A stretch of DNA of 56,014 nt, from IMG/VR virus record IMGVR_UViG_3300030102_005174, positions 1-56,014 of that record; one strand, 5' to 3'. Of this stretch, positions 27,602-36,800 are shown piece after piece. The stretch's first letter is position 1. Every line of letters starts with the position of its first letter. Both the position numbers and the translations under genes were made by a program. The stretch comes from a virus. Its lineage: Duplodnaviria > Caudoviricetes. The notes beneath the pieces were generated by a model. It saw nothing but the letters and a program-made list of their open reading frames with translations, was not told where the DNA came from and made no database searches.

Positions 27602-28204
27602 ATGGCAAAAAACCCAAACAATTCGAAATACAAGAACCCTATTACATACCAAGAAGATTTACTTCATTGGGTAAAAAAGGTCGTAAATAAACCATACAAA
27701 AGCATTAATGGAATGACAGTTTGTCCATACGCTATGAAAGCATGGCGTGATAAAAAGGTTGAAGTATTTGAATGCGATGGAAAAATATTTAGGCAAATTG
27801 TTGAATTAACAAATACTTTTTTAGCACAAAACGAAAAAGAAATTTTTATTTTATGCGATAAAGAACACGAAAAATATAAAGCAGATGATTTGTTCACATT
27901 TTGTGAAATGTTAAACAGCCCAAGTGGAAATATTGTGAATGATATATGGTTAATACCATTTCACCCAAATGCCGATAAAGATGCAAGCCCAATAAAAGGT
28001 TTTGATGATACAAATTATGAACCATTATTGGATTATGATTTTACAATGGTTTTCATTCAGCGTTTATCCCAACTGAATGAAGCTAGTTACTTTCTTGAAA
28101 AGAAGGGTTACTACGATGAATGGGATAAAGAAGATTTAACAGAATTACATCAAAGGAGGTGTTTAGGTAATGGTAATGGGAAGAAAAAAAGGCAGAAAAG
28201 GTAA
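27602..28204 (+). CDS. DUF1415-like protein
   Basis: W...V..P......CPYA, FHP and IQRL..L..AS..L.K.GYY..W pattern. Confidence 0.55.
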   Translation: MAKNPNNSKYKNPITYQEDLLHWVKKVVNKPYKSINGMTVCPYAMKAWRDKKVEVFECDGKIFRQIVELTNTFLAQNEKEIFILCDKEHEKYKADDLFTFCEMLNSPSGNIVNDIWLIPFHPNADKDASPIKGFDDTNYEPLLDYDFTMVFIQRLSQLNEASYFLEKKGYYDEWDKEDLTELHQRRCLGNGNGKKKRQKR

Positions 28205-28220
28205 AAAGAAAAGAAAGTAA
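28170..28220 (+). CDS. 16-aa K/R/G micro-ORF (MVMGRKKGRKGKKKRK)
   Basis: AGGAGGT SD 9 nt upstream; stop overlaps the next ATG (TAATG). Confidence 0.55.
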   Translation: MVMGRKKGRKGKKKRK

Positions 28221-28666
28221 TGGGCTTTATACCAAAAGAAACATTTATTTCTTTGCGTAATGAAAAAAACTTTTCTCAAAGAATAGGCAAAATCTGGAAC
28301 TGTAAATTAACCAAATTAGGTAAATCGTATAGTCCGGATTTTGCTTTAAGTAAAAATAATGAAATTGTTGCTTTTTTAGAATTAAAATGCAGATATGGTC
28401 AAAATTGGGATAAGTTCAGTACTTATATGATTGCATATAAAAAGTGGGAAAAATGTATCTCACATTGTAAAACTCATTTATTTGATTTCCCTTTCATATT
28501 GGCAGTTGCAGTTGACGATGGTGATTATTGGTGTAATATAACAAAACTAAATCACTTGAGTGGAGCAAAAGTTAGGATGGGTGGTAGGAGCGATAGGGAT
28601 TGGGAAGAAGATAAAGAGCCTTGTGTTTTTATACCTAAATCAAATTTTAAAAAAATAATGTTGTAA
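28220..28666 (+). CDS. PD-(D/E)xK nuclease-like protein
   Basis: YSPDF...FLELKCR; GGR.DR....D.EP. Confidence 0.65.
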   Translation: MGFIPKETFISLRNEKNFSQRIGKIWNCKLTKLGKSYSPDFALSKNNEIVAFLELKCRYGQNWDKFSTYMIAYKKWEKCISHCKTHLFDFPFILAVAVDDGDYWCNITKLNHLSGAKVRMGGRSDRDWEEDKEPCVFIPKSNFKKIML

Positions 28667-29875
28667 ATGAGTAAAACAGATTTCAAAGTTGAAATGTGGG
28701 ATATAACAAAGCCAAAGGCATATGAAAGTAATCCCAGACAAATTGGCATGGAAAGTGTTGCGAAAACAGCGATGTCAATCGAAAAATATGGTTGGCGTCA
28801 ACCGATTGTTGTTGATGAAGATGATATTATTTTAGCTGGTCATACAAGATTACTTGCCGGTGAATATTTAAAACAAAAACAAGTTCCGGTTCATGTTGCA
28901 GTTGGTTTAACTGATGAAGAAAAAAGGGCATACAGAATTGCAGATAACAGAACTGCTCAAGAAAGCCAGTGGGATTTGCCATTATTAGCTGAAGAATTAA
29001 AATTTTTAGAAGATGAGGAATTTGATTTAAAGTTTACTGGATTTGATACAACAGAATTAGATAAACTGTTAAAAAATGTAAATGAAGGTCTAACAGACGA
29101 AGATGAAGTTCCAGAGGTTACTGAAACTGATATAAAAGTTGGTGACGTTTTTGAACTTGGTAATCATAAAATTGTTTGTGGTGATTCATTAGATGAAAAA
29201 AATTTACAAACACTTTTAAATGATAAAAAAGCAGATATGGTATTTACCGATCCACCATATAATGCAGATTATAAATCAAGAGGTAAAAACGAAATGTTAA
29301 GAGAGGGCATTAAGAATGACAATATGTCCGATAGCAAATTTCAAATTTTTGCTGAAAACATTTTTAAAACTGTAAAATCAAACATTTATAAAGGCAGTTC
29401 AATATATATTTGTTGTAATTGGAAAGATTCATATCCAAGATTTTATTTTATTGCTGAAAAAAATAATATAAATGTTTCAAACTGTATTGTTTGGAATAAA
29501 GAAAGCGCTGGCATGGGTTGGAATGACTATCGCTATCAATTCGAATTTATATTATATGGCTTTGAAAAAGCTAGAAAACATAACTTCTATGGCGATAGAA
29601 CAAATACAGATTTATGGTCATTAAAAAGAGAAGCAAGAAGTTCATACGAACACCCAACACAAAAACCGGTTGAACTGGTTGAAAAAGCTATTACAAATTC
29701 AAGTTTGCAAGAACAGTTGGTGTTGGATTTGTTTTTGGGGTCTGGCAGTACATTAATTGCCTGTGAAAAAGTAAACAGAAAATGTTATGGCATTGAACTT
29801 GACCCAAGATATGTGGATGTAATTATCCAACGGTGGGAAAACTACACCGGCAAAAAAGCAAAAAAAATTAATTAA
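28667..29875 (+). CDS. ParB-like N-terminal domain fused to DNA amino-methyltransferase (N6A/N4C)
   Basis: NPR, GW.QPIVVD..ILAGH.R and RIADNR; DPPY; HPTQKPV; LDLFLGSGST. Confidence 0.93.
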   Translation: MSKTDFKVEMWDITKPKAYESNPRQIGMESVAKTAMSIEKYGWRQPIVVDEDDIILAGHTRLLAGEYLKQKQVPVHVAVGLTDEEKRAYRIADNRTAQESQWDLPLLAEELKFLEDEEFDLKFTGFDTTELDKLLKNVNEGLTDEDEVPEVTETDIKVGDVFELGNHKIVCGDSLDEKNLQTLLNDKKADMVFTDPPYNADYKSRGKNEMLREGIKNDNMSDSKFQIFAENIFKTVKSNIYKGSSIYICCNWKDSYPRFYFIAEKNNINVSNCIVWNKESAGMGWNDYRYQFEFILYGFEKARKHNFYGDRTNTDLWSLKREARSSYEHPTQKPVELVEKAITNSSLQEQLVLDLFLGSGSTLIACEKVNRKCYGIELDPRYVDVIIQRWENYTGKKAKKIN

Positions 29876-29909
29876 AAAATAAATCTCAACTAAATTTATT
29901 TGGTGAAAT

Positions 29910-30395
29910 ATGATTGATCCTATTACTTTAGGAACTGCCGTTACTGTGGCTACACAGACCTATGGGCAAATAAAAAAACTTATACAAACCGGCAAGGATA
30001 TAGAAGAAATGTCCGATACGCTGGGTAAGTGGATGGGCGCAGTTTCAGATATTGATAATATAAATAAAAGTTCAAACAATCCTTCTACGTTTGATAAATT
30101 ATTTAATGGCTCTGTTGAAGAAGTAGCCATGAACAGTTACAGCGCAAAAATAAAAGTTCAAAAACAAAGAGAAGAACTCAAAAACTGGTTAGTTGGGCAT
30201 TACGGATTACAAGCATGGGATAACTTATTAAAAGAAGAAGGGCGCATACGAAAAGCTAGACAAGAAGCAATATATGCTCGTGAAGAACAAAAAAAAATGA
30301 TTAGAGATTATACAATAATGGGTTTGGCACTTTTAATTGGTTTAGGGGCTGTGGGGTGGATGGTCTGGATCATATCGTTTTCTGTTACACAATAA
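29910..30395 (+). CDS. Coiled-coil protein with C-terminal TM helix
   Basis: MIDPIT start; helical body; hydrophobic C-terminus. Confidence 0.7.
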   Translation: MIDPITLGTAVTVATQTYGQIKKLIQTGKDIEEMSDTLGKWMGAVSDIDNINKSSNNPSTFDKLFNGSVEEVAMNSYSAKIKVQKQREELKNWLVGHYGLQAWDNLLKEEGRIRKARQEAIYAREEQKKMIRDYTIMGLALLIGLGAVGWMVWIISFSVTQ

Positions 30396-30458
30396 TAATA
30401 CTTGCAATAGCTGGGTTTTGTTTAATTTGTTTTTTATTTGGGTAATGGAGTAATGATA

Positions 30459-30752
30459 ATGTTTTATAATTTAATATATTATTTGCTTTTATTCATATGT
30501 GTTTTTACTATTTTAGGCATTGTTGTTTTTGCAAGAGATATTGAACATACAACTTGCCGTCTTGCAAAACAGTTATTGGAAGATAAAACAAGGGTATGTG
30601 TTTACGTTGGCGCAAATTATACGCAATGGAATGAATATGTGCCTATCGGTGCTGGCGAATGTCCAAGAGAAATTCAATGTAAATATAGACCAAATGAAAA
30701 ACCGTTTACGTTAAAGAATGTAATTAAAAGTATAAAGGACAGTTTTAAATAA
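30459..30752 (+). CDS. Membrane-anchored Cys-containing protein
   Basis: TM helix then TCRL...CVY.GAN...CPRE.QC.Y.P; SD GGAG. Confidence 0.6.
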   Translation: MFYNLIYYLLLFICVFTILGIVVFARDIEHTTCRLAKQLLEDKTRVCVYVGANYTQWNEYVPIGAGECPREIQCKYRPNEKPFTLKNVIKSIKDSFK

Positions 30753-30837
30753 AAATTACTTGTAAAAGTATATAAATTAACTCATATATATTGCCAATGG
30801 CTAGGTTTTTAACTATTTTTTATACGCTATAAAAGAA

Positions 30838-31185
30838 ATGACAGCAAAAAAAACAAAAAAAATTACAAAAGGCAGACCCTCTTTTAAACCAACAAAAGAG
30901 CAAAAATCACAAGTAACCAGTATGTCCGGTTATGGTTTAACTGCCGATCAAATTTGTGCAATAATTGATGTTTCAAGGGGTACATTATTTAAATACTTTC
31001 AAAAAGAACTTAAAGAGGGTGAAGCAAAAGCGTTAGGTAGAGTTTCGCAAAAAGCGTTTGAAATGGCTGTGAGTGGTAATCAACCAGCCATGACTATGTT
31101 TTATTTAAAATGTAGGGGTAAATGGACAGAAAGAATAGCTGTTGCAAGCGAAGATTTACCACCAATAGTTGTTTCAAGTGATTAA
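30838..31185 (+). CDS. terS: Terminase small subunit
   Basis: GRP, HTH (GLTADQICAIIDVSRGTL.KYF) and A..FYLKCR..W; directly upstream of TerL. Confidence 0.8.
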   Translation: MTAKKTKKITKGRPSFKPTKEQKSQVTSMSGYGLTADQICAIIDVSRGTLFKYFQKELKEGEAKALGRVSQKAFEMAVSGNQPAMTMFYLKCRGKWTERIAVASEDLPPIVVSSD

Positions 31186-32486
31186 TGTATTCTGCATATG
31201 AGGAATATGAAGCGCAAAACAATGGCAAACCATTGGAAGGCGCACCAAGACCTATTGAAATAAAATTAACCACACCACAACGTAATGTAGCTCTATCGAA
31301 CAAAAGATTTCGAATAAATGTAGCTGGGCGTAGAAGTGGTAAAAGTTATTTAAGTAAATTTTTAATTTTTCAATATGCCAATAATAATAAATATAGTAAG
31401 TGCTGGTATGTTGCGCCAACATATAGAATGGCAAAACAAATTATGTGGGGTGAAATTAAAGATTTAATTTTAAACAGTGGGCGTAGTGGTAGTTTGCCAA
31501 ATGAAACTGACATGAGTATTACGCTTAAAAATGGCAGTTTAATCGCATTGCGTGGCGCAGATAATCCGGACAGTTTGCGTGGTGTTGGGCTTGATTTTTT
31601 GGTTATGGATGAGGTTCAAGATATAAGTCAACAAACATGGGAAGCTGTTTTAGCCCCAGCACTTGCTGATAAAAATGGTAAAGCATTACTTTGTGGTACG
31701 CCAAAAGGTTATAATTGGTTTTATGACTTATGGGTTAATGCGCACGAAGATGAACAATGGCAATGTTTCAGAAGTACAACTCTTGAAAGTGGTATTGTAA
31801 GCCAAGAAGAAATAAACCGACAAAAAAAAATAATGGATGATAGATTATTTCGGCAAGAGTTCGAAGCTAGTTTTGAAACTTTAGCCGGTAGAGTTTATCA
31901 AAATTTTACGAGGGAAATACATACAGACGATTATATACAAGACAATGGTGGTGAAATTTTAGTTGGTATGGACTTTAATGTTAATCCAATGTGCTGTTGT
32001 TATGCACAAAGGGTTGGCGAGCAACTACATATATTTGATGAGGAAGTTATACCAAATGCAAATACTGAAATAATGGCAAGACAAATTGACCAAAAATATA
32101 AAAATCGTACCATAACAATTTATCCAGACCCAAGTGGTAAGAGTAGGCGTACAAGTGCGCCAGTTGGGCAAACAGATTTTACAATATTAGAAAACTATGG
32201 ATTTCAAGTTGTTGCGCCCAGTAGTGCGCCACCAGTTATTGATAGAATAAATGAAGTAAATGCAATGCTAGAAAACGCAGAAGGTACAACAAGACTATTT
32301 ATAAACCCACGATGTACACAATTAATTAAAAGTTTGGAAGGACTTACATTTAAAGAGGGGACTAATATGCCGGATAAAAATTTAGGTTTAGACCATATGG
32401 CTGATGCTTTGGGTTATATGGTACATAGTGAATTTCCACTTAATCCAGACGTTGTGGGTGTCGGCAGAGTAAAGGGTTATTATTAA
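31185..32486 (+). CDS. terL: Terminase large subunit
   Basis: Walker A AGRRSGKS, LRG...D.LVMDE, GTPKG, GMDFN and DHMADAL. Confidence 0.95.
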   Translation: MYSAYEEYEAQNNGKPLEGAPRPIEIKLTTPQRNVALSNKRFRINVAGRRSGKSYLSKFLIFQYANNNKYSKCWYVAPTYRMAKQIMWGEIKDLILNSGRSGSLPNETDMSITLKNGSLIALRGADNPDSLRGVGLDFLVMDEVQDISQQTWEAVLAPALADKNGKALLCGTPKGYNWFYDLWVNAHEDEQWQCFRSTTLESGIVSQEEINRQKKIMDDRLFRQEFEASFETLAGRVYQNFTREIHTDDYIQDNGGEILVGMDFNVNPMCCCYAQRVGEQLHIFDEEVIPNANTEIMARQIDQKYKNRTITIYPDPSGKSRRTSAPVGQTDFTILENYGFQVVAPSSAPPVIDRINEVNAMLENAEGTTRLFINPRCTQLIKSLEGLTFKEGTNMPDKNLGLDHMADALGYMVHSEFPLNPDVVGVGRVKGYY

Positions 32487-32497
32487 GGGGGTAAAAT

Positions 32498-33883
32498 ATG
32501 CCAATTACTGATTTACATACTGAATATGAAGATTACAGCATACAATGGAAAAGGATAAGAGATTGTGTTGCCGGTGAAGATGCCGTCAAGGACAGTGGGC
32601 AAGTACACTTACCAAAACCGGATAATATGTTACCAGACCAATATGTTAATTATTTAACAAGGGCATTGTTTTATGGCGCAACAGGCAGAACATTATCTGG
32701 GTTGGTAGGTGCTGTTTTTAGAAAAAGACCAATAGTACAAGTGCCAGATAGGTTGAGGGAAAATTTATTTAATGTTACCGGCACTGGTGTACCATTTGAT
32801 AATTTTGCACAGCATACAGTTGAAGAAACACTTGCAATGGGTCGTTTTGCAGTATTGGTTGACAGACCGGCAGAAGCAGATGGTTCACCATACTTTAGAG
32901 GTTACAGGGCAGAAGAAATAACAAACTGGCGCACAGAAACAATTAATGGTGAAGAAAAGCTGGTGCAGTGCATATTAAAAGAGGTTTCTGAAACACCTAT
33001 GGCTGATGGGTTTGGTACAGAGCGCAAGTTACGTTATAGAGTATTAAATTTAATTGATGGTATTTACACGGTTCAAATATATGAGGAAAGCGAAGATGCT
33101 GAAGTATTTGCATTGGTTGATGAAATAACACCACAAAAAAGAGGTGAAAATTTTGATTATATACCATTGCAATTTTTTGGTTCTGTTGAGTTAAATCCAA
33201 AAGTACAAAAACCACCATTAATAGATTTGGCAAACGTAAATATAAGCCATTACAGAACAAGTGCAGACTTGGAACAAGGTAACTTTTTAACAAGCCAGCC
33301 GACCCCTTATATAACTGGCTTAAAAGCAGACCAAATGGGCGATTTTCCTATTGGTAGTGGTAGTATGTGGTTTTTACCGGAGAGCAGTAATGTTGGTATG
33401 TTAGAATATCAAGGTGCTGGTCTTACGTTTTTAGAAAATGCGTTAACAAGAAAACAACAAATGATGGCACAACTGGGCGCAAGGCTTTTAGAAGATAGTA
33501 GGCGTTCTGTTGAAAGTGCTGAAACATTGCGTGTAAGAAGCAGTGGCGAAAGTAGTGTTTTGGCTAATTTAGCAAATAACTGTAGTATGGGTTTAGAGCA
33601 ATGTTTGGAATGGTATGTAGATTGGGAAGGGTTAAACCCAGATATTGTGGAAGTTACATTAAATACAGACTTTTTGGATAAGCGATTAGACCCAACTGAA
33701 TTAAGAGAGTTGGTAAGTGCTTGGCAAAGTGGAGCAATACCATTAGATGATTTAATTTATAATTTACAGCGTGGCGAAATACTACGACCAGATTACAGTA
33801 TTGATGAGGTAAAAGGTTTACTGGAACAAACGCCAACAACAACAGTTGGTAATGAGTTAGAGTTAGACGAAAGTGAAGAGTAA
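32498..33883 (+). CDS. Portal protein (DUF4055-like)
   Basis: Follows TerL; Y..YL.RA.FY..T.RT, PPL.DLA.VNI.HY..SAD and LGARLL. Confidence 0.9.
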   Translation: MPITDLHTEYEDYSIQWKRIRDCVAGEDAVKDSGQVHLPKPDNMLPDQYVNYLTRALFYGATGRTLSGLVGAVFRKRPIVQVPDRLRENLFNVTGTGVPFDNFAQHTVEETLAMGRFAVLVDRPAEADGSPYFRGYRAEEITNWRTETINGEEKLVQCILKEVSETPMADGFGTERKLRYRVLNLIDGIYTVQIYEESEDAEVFALVDEITPQKRGENFDYIPLQFFGSVELNPKVQKPPLIDLANVNISHYRTSADLEQGNFLTSQPTPYITGLKADQMGDFPIGSGSMWFLPESSNVGMLEYQGAGLTFLENALTRKQQMMAQLGARLLEDSRRSVESAETLRVRSSGESSVLANLANNCSMGLEQCLEWYVDWEGLNPDIVEVTLNTDFLDKRLDPTELRELVSAWQSGAIPLDDLIYNLQRGEILRPDYSIDEVKGLLEQTPTTTVGNELELDESEE

Positions 33884-36800
33884 TGGCAGTTGGCAGACCT
33901 AACCCAGTTGGTGATATAACTGGCGCAAATGATAAAGTTGCCGATAATATCATTACTCATGCTGTAAATCTTGAGAGATTAAAATCAAGCGAATATCAAA
34001 AAGTATTTCAATTATTAGATAAACTTGAGATTGAATTAGAAGAAAAAATAAAAAAAATTGATGTTACTGCCGTTGGTGGCAAAGCAAGACAAAAAAGATT
34101 TACCAAATTACTTGCAAATGTAAGAGCCACAATAAAAGCGCAGTATGGAGACATTAATTCTAAATTTAAAGATAGTTTAAAAGATGTTGCTAAACTTGAA
34201 CCTAAAGTTTTAGCAAACGGTATTGGTAAAGCCGTAGCCAATAATCCTAAAGTTGGTGTTGCATTAGTTCAATTTTTACCACCCCCCACAACATTACAAG
34301 CGTTAGTTGATGACACATTAGTTATGTCTGCTCCAGTAAAAACACACTGGCAAAGGCAAGCCGGTGATTTGGTTGAAAGATTTACTGATGCAATGCGTGA
34401 AGGCATATTAGCAAATGAAAGTATTGGCGATTTAGTACGCAGAGTAAGAGGTACAAAAGCCAATAATTTTAAAGATGGAATAATGAATGTAAAGCGCTAC
34501 CAAGCAGAAGCATTAGTGCGCACAAGTGTTCATGCAGTAAGTAATAAAGCAAGGCAAACAACTATCGACAGAAATATTGATATTATTAAAGGGTATCAAT
34601 GGCTATCGACACTTGATACAAGAACCAGTGATATATGCAAATCATATAGTGGTTTAACATGGGACAGTAGTAAAAATCCTATTGGGCATAAAAAGGGTTA
34701 CAGAACACCACCAGCACATTATAATTGTCGTTCAGTTATTGTTCCAATGTTAAAATCTTTTAGTGAACTTGCCGGTAAAGATTTAACTTTTAATAATAAA
34801 AAATTTAGAAAAGGGTTTGAAAATGCTTTGGTGGCAAGTGGCATACCATTGGGCGAAGCAAAAACAATAAAGCGTGGGATGCAAGCAAGCATGACCGGAC
34901 AAGTTGCCGGTGAACTTACATACGAGACTTGGTTAAAAACAAAAAGTGTAAGCATACAAAAAGAAGTTCTTGGTGATGGTCGCTGGCAATTATGGAATGA
35001 TGGCAAAATAGGATTTGTTGATTTAGTTGACCAACGTAATAATCCATTAAGTTTAGAGGAACTTATTGCGTTAATTGATGAAGGTAAAACAAGTATCGCG
35101 CAAGCCAGCAAAATTGCCAAAGATTTAGCAAGGCAAGAAGCAAAGAATAAAGCCATACAACAAGCGACATTGGTTAAAAAGGAAGATGAGGCATTAGAAC
35201 TACTTAACAAGGCAATAGGGGGCGCTACAGGTTTTAAAAACCACCAGAAAGCATTTAAAAAGTTAAGTAAACAATCAAAATGGAATAATTTAAGCAATCA
35301 AGAAAAAGTAACTGCAATTCAAGCAGATGTTGATAATATTATTTTAACATCTAAAATTTCAACAATTAAAAAGAAAATAAAAGACGGTAAAAAGTTAAGC
35401 CCAAGTGAAGAAAAAACTTTGGCTGGTTTATCACAAGAACTCAAAGAAGAAATAAATGATTTAAAAGTAAACTCAAAAGAATTAGTTTTGCTTAAAAAAG
35501 ATTTAGAGGGTCAAATTGGTTTCACTGAATATATGTTTAAAAATAAAGTATTTGGTGAGAATGTTGTTAAACAAGTTAAATTTATTGTTGAAACATCTGA
35601 CATAACAAGTATCTCGGCAATGCAAAAATCACTTGCCAGAATAAATCAAATAAAAATATTACAAAAACAAGCATATAAAGATGTGTTAGATTTTAATGAA
35701 GAAATATTAAGTTACAGCCCAGCAAAATTAAAAATGTTGGCAGACGAAATTTATCCAGACGGTTATTTTTTTAGCCCAAGTGAAGCAATAAGTAATTTTT
35801 TAAAGGGTGAAAAGATTGCGCCAAGCCTTAACGTAAAAGTATTAAAAAATTTAGGTGATGAAGGTAAATTATTAAAAGCAAAAGACACACCATTATCTGA
35901 ATTAAAAACTCAAGAATTATATATTAATTATGCCAAAAATGCTCAACGTAAAGTAAATTTAAAATTCAACATGGCAAATGATAAAGCCCAATTAAAACTT
36001 GATAAAATTATCAGTGCCGATAAAGCAAGTGGTTTGCTTACTGAGAAAAAAGTTTACGACAAAATGTTGAAAGATGGCTCACCGGTTTTAAGTGCAGAAA
36101 AATATGACATTGTTTCTTTTATTGAAGATGAAGCTGAAAAAATTAAAAAAGCCGGAAAAATTGGTCAACAAAAAAGTATTATATCCTCAAAACTTGCTGA
36201 AGAAAAAGCCTTAACAAATAAACAACAAAAATTTTTAAATGATTTGTCAATAGGTGATCCGGAAGAATATCAAAACTTTTTAAATTTGGTCGAGGTTAAA
36301 AAACTTAAACTTGGTAAAAAAACTGATGCCGGAATAATTGCCGTAGATGAAGCAAATGACCAACAAATATTATTTTCAAATATGGAACAAATTGATGGAC
36401 AAACCGGCAGTAATATAGGTGGTTTATTTAAAGACAAAACAACCGGTATCAAATATTATATTAAATCAGCACAAAATGAACAACAAACATATATTGAGAT
36501 GCTTTCAGCAAGGCTTTACGAAATGGCTGGAGTTCGAGTACCCAAATTAAAAGTAATAAACATTGATGGTAAAATTGGTAATACGCAAATAAACAGAGTT
36601 GGAATTGCAAGTAAAATTGAAGATGTTGAAGATATTGAAATTAATGACATGATTGGATTAAATGGTGTTGAAGAAAATTTTGCAGTTGATGCGTGGCTTG
36701 CAAACTGGGATGTCATTGGTGAAGGTGGTGCAAGCACATATAATCTTAAAAAATTAAAAGATGGCAGTGGTGCATTAAGATTGGATACTGGTGCTTCAAT

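Noticed and set aside
27466-27690. 74-aa ORF (or 51-aa form from 27535)
   Set aside because: The long form starts inside a terminator and both overlap the DUF1415-like gene by 89 nt; the short form has a plausible SD but no other support.
28667-29875. Complete restriction-modification or partition system
   Set aside because: ParB-methylase fusions near terminase genes are common orphans; no ParA; the adjacent PD-(D/E)xK gene cannot be shown to be a cognate REase from sequence alone.
30789-30805. Operator-like TATTGCCAATGGCTAGG upstream of terS
   Set aside because: Five mismatches to the consensus and not in the conserved promoter register; at most a weak site.
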